From Octopus sinensis (taxonomy: Eukaryota): 64,000 bases of DNA. The DNA lies in contig NC_043001.1 of assembly GCF_006345805.1 (NCBI RefSeq), positions 125,984,001 to 126,048,000 of the forward strand. Direction: 5' to 3'. Positions 1 through 12,975 of the stretch are shown piece after piece (the first letter of the stretch is position 1; each line of letters begins with the position of its first letter). The notes below the pieces were generated by a model. The model was not told the origin of the DNA and ran no database searches. It saw only the letters and a list, made by a program, of their open reading frames with translations. The position numbers were made by a program, and so were the translations under genes.

Positions 1-210
1 GTGCCCTCTGACTGGCTCCTGTGGTGGTGGCACGTAAAAAGCACAGTCCACCCTGTAAGCTGATTGGTGTTAGGAAGAGCATCCAACCGTTGAAAACCCT
101 GCCAAAACAGACTGTGAAGTCTGGTGCAGTCTTCTTCCAAGTCAGTCTCTGTCAAACCATCCAACCCATACCAGCATGAAAAACAAACATTAAATGATGA
201 TGATGATATA

Positions 211-427
211 CAAAGGTGTGCTGAAAATTTTCTGGCTTTAAAGGTATTGTGAAAGGTCTGGTTGGAGACCCAACATTTTGAATTCTTTTACAGAGCTTAG
301 AAAAACTGAAGGACCACTGCATTAAGTGTGTGAATCTCAGAGGGGAATATGTTGGATATAAATCATAATTAACTGATCCTCCTGTATATTCTTTTATCTG
401 AAGCCAGGAACTTTTCAGCACCCCCGT
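211..427. mobile_element. Mariner-derived MITE
   Basis: Inverted ends GTGCTGAAAATTTTCTGGCTT / AAGCCAGGAACTTTTCAGCAC. The interior encodes a remnant transposase C-terminus (LKDHCIKCVNLRGEYV). A second copy is at 18.6 kb. Confidence 0.75.
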
Positions 428-429
428 GT

Positions 430-612
430 GTACCGTTGGCGATTTTTTTCCTGTCTTCCCTTCTCTGGATCTTTCCTTCTCCTATGTTTCTGATGAAGAG
501 CTCCGCTCGAAACGTTAAACCCTCTTTCTTCCCTTCCTTCCTGGGCGTCTAATAATACTATATTTGTTCCACGTCCTCGCGTTGTTGTGTTTTCATGTTT
601 GGATTAACTACA
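430..612 (+). mobile_element. Putative Penelope-like terminal-repeat fragment carrying the canonical hammerhead
   Basis: Contains the 486-520 motif and runs into a (TA)n(GA)n tract. The Penelope assignment is inferred from ribozyme architecture only. Confidence 0.45.
486..520 (+). ncRNA. Minimal type I hammerhead ribozyme motif (Penelope-like element type)
   Basis: Reads GTTT-CTGATGA-A-GAGC(TCC)GCTC-GAAA-CG-TT-AAAC. Stem I is GUUU/AAAC, stem II is 4 bp, stem III is the palindrome ACGU, and the predicted cleavage triplet is GUU. Confidence 0.75.
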
Positions 613-621
613 TTATATATA

Positions 622-706
<85 letters not shown>

Positions 707-1956
707 TACAGATGCAGAGTAATCTTTCTTTTTTCTTGTTTGTTGTGGTGTATATAATACATGCACACATAAGTATATACTTTAATAGTACGTGAAAAGC
801 GCACACACCTGCATACACTCATGCAAAATACATTGATTTCTTTATTCTGTTAACCTAGGATGTCTGGATTTTTTTCTCAGCTTATCCATTTGTCTAATTT
901 ACTTGCAAGTACATGCTAATGTGCATCAATTTATCCAAGTAAATTTGTAACTAAGTATTTTTTTATTCTCCCCACCACCACCATCACTATTATCTATACA
1001 CCTGTCTATCTTTATAATCATATATATCATTAAATTCATAAGTAATATTTGCACATGTAAATGTATGTAAACATTCATATGGGCAACACACACACACACA
1101 CATCATCATCATCGTTTAACGTCCGTTTTCCGCGCTAGCACAGGTTGGACAGTTCAACTAGGGTCTGGGAAGCCAGGAGGCTGCACCAGGCTCCAGTCTG
1201 ATCTGGCAGTGTTTCTACAGCTGGATGCCCTTCCTAACGCCAAGACACACATATATCTATATATATATAAAATACAAAATGGGACAAGAACGCAAAACAT
1301 CCAGACAACTAGGTGATACATAAAGGGACAACAAAACATCCAGATAGACGATACAAAAAAACAAGGACGGGTCATTCAAAGCCTTTTATTTTCAGTGAAG
1401 AACTGGATCATCCTTGCAATTTCAGCTGATTAATCTTGAGATTGCTCCAATCTGGCCAGCCCCAAGGAAAAACTAAGCTAAGAGCATCAGATTCCTTGGA
1501 AAAAAGCATCGAATGTATACGAAAACAGACGGCAAAATAGACGATGTTACACAAATATAAATACAAAAATACAATAATAATAATAACAGGACATGACAAC
1601 AGGCATCTTTCAACTGGGGACGAATTGAATTCAGCTGGCATGTGTGGAAATGAAGCCTTACAGCAGAGGGAGGGGAAAGTCATTCTCTTTTGGTACCTTA
1701 TAATTTAACACACTCACAGGTAAAATTTCCACTTATTTCTTTTTTATTTTTCTAAAATTTTCATTGCGTCTTGCAACCTCTTCATTAGTTTGAGTCAAAA
1801 CTATTGAAAAGGTTGCAACAAGTGAAAATTTTACTGGTGAGTGTGTTAAATTATAAGGCACCAAAAGAAAATGACTCTCCCCAGACACAACAGAATATGC
1901 TTCAACACATGAACTCACATAAAGAATCTTGCAAACCAAATCCAAAAACGATATAT

Positions 1957-2310
1957 AGTTAAGTTAATTTTTTGGCTCAAAAAGCAAGGCCATGTAGGGG
2001 GACATGGAGTTATGTACAGGGAGGGTGTTCATGCAAAGAGTTCAGGCCATTTCTGGTCAAGAGAGATTTTGAACCGAGCGGTCGTCGGCATTTTCAATAT
2101 CTCGTCCGGCAGCTTAATCCACGGATCCGCAACCCGGACGGAGAAAGCCCCTCTCCTTCGATTGAGATGAAATCATCGCAGATAGAGCTTTTTGGAGTGA
2201 CCCTGCAGCCGACGCTCTGGAGCAGGAGTGAAGAACAGCTCTTTCAAGGGGTTACACTTTCCGCTTATGATGTTGTGAGCAAGAATGAGATAACGAGGGC
2301 AGTGGCGTTT
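1957..2310 (-). mobile_element. CR1-clade LINE 3' end
   Basis: Homologous to 41035-41530, with a (TTAAC)n tail on the minus strand. Confidence 0.75.
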
Positions 2311-2529
2311 ACACACATACATATATAGACTCATAAACATGTGCTACAACACATGTACGTTCGCAAATGGTGTGAAACTGAGTATCACCAATTGGTTGAA
2401 AACTGATAAAGAATTAAGGACTTTATGTGTTTGTCTCCCGTCCAGTTGTACACTCAGTTTATGTTATGTCTTTTGTTTATTTACCATACATTCTTTTCAT
2501 TTATACATATGTGTGTGTGTGTATGTTCT

Positions 2530-3240
2530 AAATGGAACACATAGAAGTGGGAGACCCAAAAAGACATGGGATGAAGTACTGAAGAACAACCTCAGGATGT
2601 TGAACCTTTCAGGTGAGATGACAAAGGACCAAGATGTCTGGCACCTTGCTGCACTCAAAAAGACCCATACTCCAGAACAGAAGTGTTTTAAGACCAGTCC
2701 CTCTGGCGGTGTAAAGTACTCGTGGTGGTGCCATGTAAAAGTGTCCATGCAGTGCTATGTAAAAACACCTGTGTGGTGAACCACTTCAAAGCACCTATGT
2801 TGTGCCTATTAAAAGCACCTGTGCAGTGCCATATAAAAGCACCCAGCACACTCTGCAAAGTAGTTGGTGTTAGGAAGGTCGGCAGCGGCGAGCTGGGAGA
2901 ATCGTTAGCACGCTGGGTGAAATGCTTAGTGGTATTTCGTCTGCCGTTACGTTGTGAGTTCAAATTCCGCCAAGGTCGACTTTGCCTTTCATCCTTTCGG
3001 GGTCGATAAATTAAGTACCAGTTACGCACTGGGGTTGATGTAATCGACTTAATACCTATGTCTGTCCTTGTTTGTCCCTTCTATGTTTAGCCCCTTGTGG
3101 GTAATAAAGAAATAGGTGTTAGGAAGGTTGTCCAGCCATAGAAACCATGCTAAATCAGACGGGTGTCTGGTGCTGCTCCCCAGCTCTGGTCAAACCATTC
3201 AACCTATGCCAGGATGGACATAAGATGATGATGATGATGA
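2530..3240 (+). mobile_element. RTE 3' fragment interrupted by a SINE
   Basis: GRPKKTWDEVLK..., a 3'UTR and a (GAT)n tail, with the SINE inserted at 2880-3114. Confidence 0.7.
2880..3114 (+). mobile_element. tRNA-derived SINE family A, full length with 14-bp TSD
   Basis: Pol III A/B-box-like head (GAGCTGG..GAATCG; GAGTTCAAATTC) and tail AATAAAGAAATA. GGTGTTAGGAAGGT is duplicated at 2866-2879 and 3115-3128. Confidence 0.85.
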
Positions 3241-4149
3241 TATATACACACATACATGCACCTACATGCACAGCAACATACATGTATATTTATAAACCTA
3301 TCCAGATAGCTACATACATATTCATATGCATTAAATATACCTACCTACCTACCAACCCACCCACCCCTTGCACACAGACAATGATATCCTGAAACAAACA
3401 AACATATACAGTTCTTTGTCGTCAATTTTCATAAGAGTCACAGAAAATTGGAAAGCATGTCAAACCTATATTTAGAGATGTGGCACTGTGTTGTGTCGGT
3501 TATCTTGTATTTGTTTCAGGCGTTAGACTGTGACCATGCTGGGGCACTGCCTTCAAGAACTTTTAGTCAAATGTATCAACAAGAGTACTCATTTCTTTTA
3601 AAGCTTGGTATTTATTCTATTGGTCTCTTTTGCTGAAACCCTAGGTTACAGGGATGTAAGCACAGCAGCACCGATTGCCAAGCGGGGGGTTGGCAAACAC
3701 AGACACAAAGACACACATATATATGTATAATAATAATAATGAATGCCAAAACGAATTTGTGTGTGTCAGTACGTCACACTTCGACCCTCCTCTCTTACTA
3801 TTCAATGACACTACTATTCCTTCTGCTGGGGTGAGAGTAATTTATATAATAATAAATGCCAAAATGAATTTCTGTGTGTCAGTGTATCACACTTTGAGCC
3901 CTACTCTTACTATTCAAAAACACTTCTATTCCTCCTGAGACTAATATTAGGCATAGAGACAGTGAGGGCAGTAGTAGATTGAAAATTGCGATGGTAATAG
4001 TATGAGCTGTAGTCGTGATAGAGGCGGAGGCAACAGTAATGGTGGTGGTGGCCGAGGCAATCAGGGATGAGTGAATGTAAGCGATGTGAAAGATAGTGAT
4101 GGTGGTGGAGGGGAAGGTGGCAAAGTCAACGGTATTGATGGTGGTATTG

Positions 4150-4382
4150 AGGGCAGCGAGCTGGCGGAAACGTTAGCACACTGGGCGAAATGCTTCGCGG
4201 TATTTCGTCTGTTGTTACGTTGTGAGTTCAAATTCCGCCAAGGTCAACTTTGCCTTTCATCCTTTCGGGGCCGATAAATTAAGTACCAGTTACGCACTGG
4301 GGTCAATGTAATCGACTTAATACCTATGTCTGTCCTTGTTTGTCCCCTCTATGTTTAGCCCCTTGTGGGTAATAAAGAAATA
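4150..4382 (+). mobile_element. SINE family A with 16-bp TSD
   Basis: GGTATTGATGGTGGTA at 4131-4146 and 4383-4398. Confidence 0.85.
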
Positions 4383-4404
4383 GGTATTGATGGTGGTAAC
4401 ATCA

Positions 4405-4795
4405 GAAGTCTGAATAGTGTGTGTATGGCAGTTCATCGATGCTTCTACAACGGCGCTTAAGGTGGTTCGGTAATGCATCCCAGCGTCCAGAGGGTGAGCT
4501 GATTCGCAATGTCCTCCTCTCACCTGCACTTCCCGACTGGCACAAATGCACGGGCGGGCAGCTGAAGACCTGGGTAACAACGATAAAGGAGGACCTCTCC
4601 AAACTCTCAGGTCTGCAGGTGGTCAGTCTGCACAGATGGAACTGCGAATGGCTCGCTATCTCCAGTGACCTCGCACAGGATTGTCGAGCGTGGGCCGCCA
4701 TGGTTCGTGATGCCGTCAGGACCAGAGAAGAAGTCAGCTCAACCCGCCCTGGGTGAGCGCCATCATAAGTGCAAGTACAAGTAAGTAAAGTATGG
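4405..4795 (+). mobile_element. 3' fragment of a second RTE-like LINE family
   Basis: LQRRLRWFGN..RPEGELIR...GGQLKTW...LAQDCRAWAAMVRD, followed by a (CAAGTA)-like tail. Confidence 0.75.
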
Positions 4796-5850
4796 CAGTT
4801 GTGGTGGTACTGGTGATGGTGATAGTTGAAAACAATCAACAGAAGTTTAGACAGAAAAAAATTTGTACTGACCCCGAATGAGAAGACAGAAGATGTTTAT
4901 CATGCAGCTTTGCAATAAGTTCCAAATCAACAAATTATATCATTGTTTTGATGAAAATTGTTCATTGCTTGAAAAATATTGGTCAAGTTTAATAAAATTT
5001 AACATGAACTCAACACACGAAGTGTCATTGTTTGGGCCAAAGGCCCAATGAAGAAGAGCCCACCACAGGAAGCTAGCTTAAAAGTCATCCTATTAGGTAG
5101 CTTTTTAGTATATATATATATTACATATATATACATATATTGTTGTGTTCTTGAGCAAGGCACTTTATTTCACGTTGCTCCAGTTCACTCAGCTGTAGAA
5201 ATGAGTTGCGACGTCACTGGTGCCAAGCTGTATCAACCTTTGTCTTTCCCTTGGATAACACTGGTGGCGTGGAGAGGGGAGGCTGGTATGCATGGGCGAC
5301 TGCTGGTCTTCCATAAACAACCTTGCCCGGACTTGTGTCTAGGAGGGTAACTTTCTAGGTGCAATCCCATGGTCACTCATGACCGAAGGGGGTCTTTACC
5401 CTTTTATACATATATATATACACACACACACACACACATATATATATATGATGAGCTTCTTTCAGTTTCCCTCTACCAAATCATCTCACAAGGTTTTGGT
5501 CAGCCCAAGGCGATACTAGAAGACACTTACCCAAGGTGCTGCACAATGGGACTGAACCAGGAACCAAGTGGTTGGGAAGCAAGCTTCTTACCACACAGCC
5601 AAACCTGTACTTGTGTGTAGAGTTCTTTATCTTCAGTTTTCATTAACGAGTCACAGTAAATTGGAAAACGGATGCCAAATCTATATTTAATGATGTGGTG
5701 CTGTGTTGTGAGGTTGCATCATGTAGCACGGTGTAGTTTTATGTATTGTGACATTGCATTATACAGTGTGGTGTCACATTATGCAGTGTTGTGTTGCATT
5801 ATCTGGGGGGGGGGGTCTATTACCCCAGAAGGCACTTTTGATCAGATATA

Positions 5851-6070
5851 TATTTCTTTACTGCCCACAAGGGGCTAAACATAGAGGGGACAAACAAGGA
5901 CAAAGGAATTACAATGACCCCAGTTGCAAAACTGGTACTTTATTTATTGACCCCGAAAGGATGAAAGGCAAAGTCGACCTCGGCGGAATTTGAACTCAGA
6001 ACATAACGACAGACGAAATACCGCTAAACATTTCGCCCGGCGTGCTAACGATTCTGCCAGCTCGCCACCT
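5851..6070 (-). mobile_element. SINE family A with 16-bp TSD
   Basis: CTTTT(G/A)ATCAGATATA at 5835-5850 and 6073-6088. Further copies lie near 13205-13437, 52487-52650 and 53208-53385. Confidence 0.85.
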
Positions 6071-6558
6071 TTCTTTTAATCAGATATAATCTTTATCCAC
6101 CTTGTAAGCGTTTACTTAATTTTTGTTAATCCTGACCGAGTAGACTTATGATCAAAGGTGTTCCAACCATAGCCATCTCATCCTTTCTTTTTTTTTTTTT
6201 ATTTATCATGGTCAGACGGGGTCGATTTGAGGTTGAAAAATAACACCCATCAAATCACAAAGAGGCAGAAAGTGATAAAAAAAAGATATATCACTGATTC
6301 AGAAGGAACAACAGACTAGTTCAATGGTTCCCTTGGGGCTGGTGGAAAGATCAGGGGGGGACACGAGAGTGAAGAAAAGGTGGGCGATAATGGGGTGACC
6401 AAAAAGGGTCATTGGATGTAAAAAAAAAAAAAAGGGTTAATTTGGTTAAGTTTTGTGAAATGCAGTTGTTTTGAAGTTGCTTGAGAAAGTGGTGTATGCT
6501 AGTGATGGTGAGTGGGGAGAAGGGGTGCTAGAAAAGTGGTCTGGGTGTAAATAAATAA

Positions 6559-6651
6559 ATGAAGAAAGAAAGAAAGGAAGGAAGGAAGGAAGGAGGAAGG
6601 AAGGAAGGAAGGAAGGAAGGAAGGAGGGAGGGAGGGAGGGAGGGAGGGAGG

Positions 6652-6684
<33 letters not shown>

Positions 6685-6735
6685 GAAAGAAAGAAGGAAA
6701 GAAAGAAAGAAAGAAGCAGCAGCAGCAGCAGCAGC
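6559..6735. repeat. Compound microsatellite (GAAG)n(GGGA)n(AAAG)n(CAG)n
   Basis: Direct inspection. Confidence 0.95.
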
Positions 6736-7473
6736 AAGGACTTAAAGAATCAATGAAAGATGGTGCAAGTCCTAAACATACATTAGTGTCGAATTTTAAG
6801 TGAGCTCTGACCAAGTAGATCTATGATCAAAATGTGTGCCAGCTTTTTTGCCAAGCATAGAGAGCAGTGGGTAATAGAAAAGGAAAATCCAAGACTGCCA
6901 AGGGCCTCTCCTGGGATGCAGTCATATTGGTTTTTGATGGTGTATAGAAAAAAAAACTAAAAAAAGCTTTCGTTTTTTAAAAGCAAGTATGATGAAATTT
7001 GCAAGGGATTTGTCTGTTATTACTTGCAAGTCAACTGCTAACAGAAACAGATTCATGTTGACCCCCTGATATTGTGTTATTGTTATGAAATCAACTGCTG
7101 TAGTTGTTTAACCCAAAGATCAAAGACATTTCAGTCCATAATTGTCTAATGTCCTTTCCTTTTTAAGACTGTAGGATGCAATATCAAATGAAATTTCACT
7201 GCTAATTCTAGCAGGTTGAGCAACCGCATACAGGCAATCTTCCTAGTTTATTGCAGTTGGTGGTGAAGCTGGGGTTTTTTTTTTGTTTTGTTTCTTTTCA
7301 TTTTTTACTGTTTAGTCAGAGAAAGAAAAGTAACCCAACCCTTTTATTTTTTCTTAATCAGGGCCTCCCTCCAAAACTAGCAGAAGAAAAATACAAAATT
7401 ATCTTTAAACCAGAGACTTGGCCCATATCCTTGCAACAGAGTGAACTCTGAAACCACCAACCGAGGACTATAC

Positions 7474-8205
7474 CTCGCCAACTTGCTACCTATATTCTGC
7501 CAACTTGCTTGCCTACACTTTGCAAACTTGCTTGCCTACACTTTGCAAACTTGCTTGCCTACACTTTGCAAACTTGCTTGCCTACACTTTGCAAACTTGC
7601 TTGCCTACACTTTGCAAACTTGCTTGCCTACACTTTGCAAACTTGCTTGCCTACACTTTGCAAACTTGCTTGCCTACACTTTGCAAACTTGCTTGCCTAC
7701 ACTTTGCAAACTTGCTTGCCTACACTTTGCAAACTTGCTTGCCTACACTTTGCAAACTTGCTTGCCTACACTTTGCAAACTTGCTTGCCTACACTTTGCA
7801 AACTTGCTTGCCTACACTTTGCAAACTTGCTTGCCTACACTTTGCAAACTTGCTTGCCTACACTTTGCAAACTTGCTTGCCTACACTTTGCAAACTTGCT
7901 TGCCTAACTTTGCAACTTGCTTGCCTACACTTTGCAAACTTGCTTGCCTACACTTTGCAAACTTGCTTGCCTACACTTTGCAAACTTGCTTGCCTATACT
8001 TTGCAAACTTGCTTGCCTATACTTTGCAAACTTGCTTGCCTACACTTTGCAAACTTGCTTGCATACACTTTGCAAACTTGCTTGCCTACACTTTGCAAAC
8101 TTGCTTGCCTATACTTTGCAAACTTGCTTGCCTATACTTTGCAAACTTGCTTGCCTATACTTTGCAAACTTGCTGCCTATACTTTGCAAACTTGCTGCCT
8201 ATACT
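7474..8205. repeat. 23-bp minisatellite, about 30 copies
   Basis: Unit CCTACACTTTGCAAACTTGCTTG. It explains the 23-aa-periodic ORFs at 7441-8315. Confidence 0.95.
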
Positions 8206-9269
8206 CGTCACTCAATTCACTACCAATTTGTTGCTTTGTTTATGTTGTCAATAGTAATGGAGACTTAGCTACTATTTCTACAAGTATGGGCAACTACATA
8301 AAATCTCCTACTTGATGGCTTGAAAGTAGATTGCAGAAATGATACGAGGGGGTGGAGCCAACAATTCCTGAAGAACAGAACCAATTGCAATAGTGGTTGA
8401 TAGAGGAAATGGAAAGAGAAAACAGCATTGCAACAGATTAGATTTTGAAGGGATTTCAATAACAAATGGGTTTGTCTGTTTTTATTTTTATTTTTCCCCC
8501 CCTTTTTTTTTATATTCTGAATGAAGATAAAGATGCCATAAATTGAAAGAGTAATGCCAACCCAGCTACATAAGAGAGCAATATTCCAAAATGAAACATA
8601 TATTAGGTTTTATAAAGGAGTTATTTGAAAAGCCTTAGAAGCTTTGCAAGCTAACAATAAAATAAAAGTAATAATAAATAAATGCTTTTCTTTTTTCCCT
8701 CCTTCTTTAAATATATATCAGCTTCTTAAGCCATGTCTGAAAGATCATAACCCAATGATCATAAGTTTAAAATAACTGATGCTAATGATGCAGTGCACTG
8801 CACCACTGAATAAAACCAATTACATTAATTGCAGCATTCAATTAGAGATGATTGGTTAAGATGGTTAACATCTCTGACTTGCAAGGTCTTCTTATACCAA
8901 TATATGAAAGACAAAAAAAAATAACAAGAACATGTAAAGTCCAGTAGTAATAACGGAAGTGAACAAATATTATACAGATACAAATTTGGCACAAACAAAC
9001 CCTAAGAGCCATTCACTGGCAGTAAAAGCTACACCTACTACTACTATCACAACCATGCATTACATAGGCACAAGGCCAGAAATCGAGAAGGCATGGAGTT
9101 AATTATATCAACCCTGGTACTCAGGTGGAACTTTATTTGATCAACCAGCAAAGAGTCGAAAGGCAAAGTTGATTTTGGCAGGATCGGAACTCAGAATGTG
9201 AAGAGCCAAAAGAAATACACAAGACTCAAACAATTCCACCAATTCACTAGCCAGGTCTGTCTTACATGC

Positions 9270-9960
9270 AATAGCAGCTGTTCAACAACTCTACCAGTCA
9301 GTAATGCTCAGGCACTGGTTGAGTGTGTGCTGAATAGTTTGTCTTGTTTGTAACATGGACAGGTCTTGCTGACTACTTTTGTGCCTGCAGTGTCTATTTT
9401 GAACCAGCAATGCCCCCTCATAGCACTGCCAGGCCAGGGATTTTGGAAATTATCCACAGGCCTGGGGCAAAAGTCTTCAGGCACAGACCAGCCAGTTGAT
9501 TTTCATCAGCACCAAGTTTCCCCACCTGCCACAATCTCCAACTGGTAGAAAGCTGCAAACATTTAACATTCCAAATGTCAAGTACCCTGACTTGGTATTT
9601 GTTTCACCCAGGACTGTAGCTCTGTCAAAGAAGTGAGCAGTGAAAAAATGCACCTGACAAATAATAATTCCGGTTGTATGGTAGTAGAAGGACCAATTAA
9701 CTACTCAAACAGTCTGTGTAAATGTATGAATTTGAGGAACCAACCAACCCATGCTAATCTGGAAAAATCCATGTGAAATGTGCACTGTTTTTTCAAAAAA
9801 AGTGGGAAAGATAATGGTACTGATAATAAAAAGTTGATAGAGGAGTTGCACTGGAGATGGAATGATTTATAATTTGTATTCTGATACTGGTGCTGTACTA
9901 TACATGGTGCTGTCCATGTCCATGACAATTCTCAAATGATCTAACGAGTCCAACTTACTA
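9270..9960 (-). mobile_element. Decayed Tx1/L1-like LINE C-terminus
   Basis: Frameshifted LAWQCYEG...SKTCPCY..TIQHTLNQC resembles the L1/Tx1 CCHC knuckle. Confidence 0.45.
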
Positions 9961-10224
9961 TCAGTTGGATTTTGCTGAGGAAGTCTAAAGCAAATCTAAA
10001 AACTAAAGCATGTCCAGTGTTATAACTATTCTCCATCACATACTACCAGAATAATTAAAATATTAATCATGGATAGATGAAATAACTGAGGTAGACAGAG
10101 TGTATGATAGAATAATTAAGCTGAGACTAGTCTTAAATCAACGGCTACATTTATCTCTACATATGCTCCACAATGTGGACAGACCATTTTTATGAGGCCC
10201 TTTTGCAAACTACCTTGAAGACAA

Positions 10225-10740
10225 ATATGTTAGGAAAGCCAATGGATTTCATGGTGTGCATGAAGATTACAGCTTCGGCTCTAGAAATGGGGAGAGAGTA
10301 AGGCTACTGGAGTTTTGTGATCCGATGATCTGCAACACTCATCATCATCATCCAGAAAAACAGCCAGCCACCTGATCACCTACCAATGTAGAGGGCACAC
10401 AAACCAGATCGACAACATTATCACTACAAAACAGGATAGACGTCATCGTCATCATCATTTAACATCCGCTTTCCATGCTAGCATGGGTTGGCCATAAATG
10501 AACAACAGCTTTAAATCAATTTTCAGAGGCATCCACATCATTCTGACAGTCTCCTGTCAGAATGACGTGGATGTGTATAAATGCAAAGTCTATCCCAGGT
10601 GAGGAATGTACAACCTAACATGGGCAAAGGGCTGGAAGGACTCAGAGAAACAAACCAATATGGAAAAAAAGATATGGAAACTCAAAGACCAAGCAAACAG
10701 TCATTTAATAACTAATGGCTTTTCATCAATGCAAAATTAA
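10225..10740 (+). mobile_element. RTE endonuclease-region fragment
   Basis: Decayed translation GFHGVH...FGSRNGE..RLLEFCD...ICNT...ASHLITY...QID. Confidence 0.65.
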
Positions 10741-11699
10741 TGCCAGCAATACTTGAACTTGGAAATGAACATGGTAAAACTGTGTACTATCCTGCAGTTT
10801 AATCAGAGGTCCAACTATCTTGGTTATAGACATTTTAATCATTTAATATCAATTTCATACAACAGTACAAGAGTAGAAATTTTGGATGAGGGTAGAGTAG
10901 ATCAAACCCAATATTTGATAATACTTGTATTATCAGCCGAAGAGATGAAAGGCAAAGCCAAATAGCCAAAGAATTTTCTCTGGCACTTAATCAATTCCAC
11001 CAACCACTATCAATTTGACTCGTTCATTTACAACATAATTTTTTTCTTTGACAAATCCACTAGTTTATAGGAAATAACAATTGATTAAATCGATCCCAAA
11101 GCACAACCTGGTATTAATTTTTATCAACCCAACCAAACAACTATTGAATGTCAGTGAACAGTCCATCAGTTCCTACAATGAGAATCCAGTTTATTTGATT
11201 ACCTGAATTCTTACTTGTTAAATTAACATGTGAATGAAATTAACAGACAGCTATGAGGAATAGTCAGGCACAGATGTAGCCATGTGGTAAGTAATTTGCT
11301 TCACAACCACATGGTTCTGGGATCAGTGCCTAGGGCATTATCAATTTTAGCCCCAGGTCAACCAAAGCTTTGGTAGACAGAAACTGAAAAAAGCTTGTCA
11401 TGCTTGTATATGGTGGGCCAAACGTCCCGCACCAAAACATTTGACATTTTACTGATATTATTATTATTCAGTAGTCTTATTTTTATCACATGCTTTCACT
11501 GCACTACCGAGCGCAGCTCTGTGTGCCTTGGGTATGTGATGTGGTTTGTTGTGATGCTCTTATTTTCACTGTATTGAAAGTGTTTTATGCAGGATGTGTG
11601 CAGTACATAGCAGTGCTATTTTCTGCATGTTATATATACTAGTAAGTCCTGGTGTTTTTATTATGATTATTATTTATTGTATTCATCATGTACAAATAC

Positions 11700-11916
11700 A
11701 TACTCTTTACTCTTTTACTTGTTTCAGTCATTTGACTGTGGCCATGCTGGAGCACCACCTTTAGTCGAGCAAATCGACCCCGGGACTTATTCTTTGTAAG
11801 CCCAGTACTTATTCTATCGGTCTCTTTTGCCGAACCGCTAAGTGACGGGGACGTAAACACACCAACATCGGTTGTCAAGCAATGCTAGGGGGACAAACAC
11901 AGACACAAACATACAT

Positions 11917-11959
<43 letters not shown>

Positions 11960-12120
11960 TACGACGGGCTTCTTTCAGTTTCCGTCTACCAAATCCACTC
12001 ACAAGGCTTTGGTCGGCCCGAGGCTATAGTAGAAGACACTTGCCCAAAGTGCCACGCAGCGGGACTGAACCCGGAACCATGTGGTTGGTAAGCAAGCTAC
12101 TTACCACACAGCCACTCATG
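11700..12120 (-). mobile_element. tRNA-derived SINE family B (~420 bp, internal (TA)n, (AGAGTAA)n tail)
   Basis: Head GGAGTGGCTGTGTGGTAAG...GGTTCAGTCCC. Near-identical copies lie at about 14045-14480(-), 15880-16290(-), 20572-20995(+), 21575-21955(-), 22416-22812(+), 25047-25455(+), 43981-44380(+) and 58497-58915(-), with many older or partial copies. Confidence 0.88.
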
Positions 12121-12499
12121 CGTATTCATCATTATTTTATTTCATTTAGTTTTAGAAAAATTAAAGCATGTTTTCACAATTTCTGAGCTTATTGAACTTA
12201 TTTTGTACATGACTTTGGTCCACTCTATCCTCCACCATTAACACCTGGTGCTGGTTTGTTTGTGTCCCCATAGCTTAGTGGTTTGGCAAAAGACACTAAT
12301 AGAATAAGTAGCAGGCTTAAAAAAAAAATACGTACTGGGGCTGATTTGCTTGACTAAACAGTTCAAAGTGGTGCACCAGCATGGCCTCGGTTCAATGACA
12401 GAAGCGAACATAAGGTAAAAGACATGTACCTTCAACACAATTCTCAAGTTGAATCAGAATGACACTGTATGAGAAGGCATTGACTTATAGATAGGGTCC

Positions 12500-12975
12500 A
12501 AAGAGAGAGAAGGAAGAGATGGGGGAGAGGGAGAAGAGAGGGGAGAATGGAGAGGGGAGCAAGAGGAGGGGAGGGAGGGCGAGAGAGAGAGGGGAGGGGA
12601 TGGAGAGAGAGGAAGGAGGGGCGAGAGAGAGAGGGGAGGGGATGGAGAGAGAGGAAGGAGGGGCGAGAGAGAGAGAGATATAGAGAGAGAGGAGAGGGAA
12701 AAGAGAGAGAGGAGAATGGAGAGAAGGGAGAGAGGGGGGAAGGAGAGAGAGGATGGGGAGGGCGAGAGAGAAGGGGAGAGGGAGTGGGAGAGAGAGGAGA
12801 GGGAGGAGAGAGGAGGGAGGGAGGGCGAGAGAGAGAGAGGAGGGGTAAAGAGAAGGAGGGGGAGAGGGAGGAGAGAGATAATGAGAGAGAGAAGGGGAGG
12901 AAAAGGGGAGGGAGGGAGGGAGGGAGGAGAGGGGAAGAAGAAAGAGAGAGACAGACAAACAGACAGAGTGAGGAT
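12500..12975. repeat. Polypurine (G/A) low-complexity tract
   Basis: About 470 nt that are almost exclusively G/A on the plus strand. Confidence 0.95.

Noticed and set aside
5040-5090. Possible third hammerhead (ATGAAGAAGAGC...GCTTAAAA)
   Set aside because: C3 and G12 are absent and no stem I pairing was found, so it is at best a decayed relic.
4990-5100. Minus-strand LGLW-containing frame as a possible tetraspanin exon 2
   Set aside because: The frame stops right after LGLWPKQ and lacks the WAW motif and a donor site.
7441-8315. Long ORFs (up to 275 aa) and a CRISPR-like periodic look
   Set aside because: These are translations of a stop-free 23-bp tandem unit. There are no unique spacers and no cas genes.
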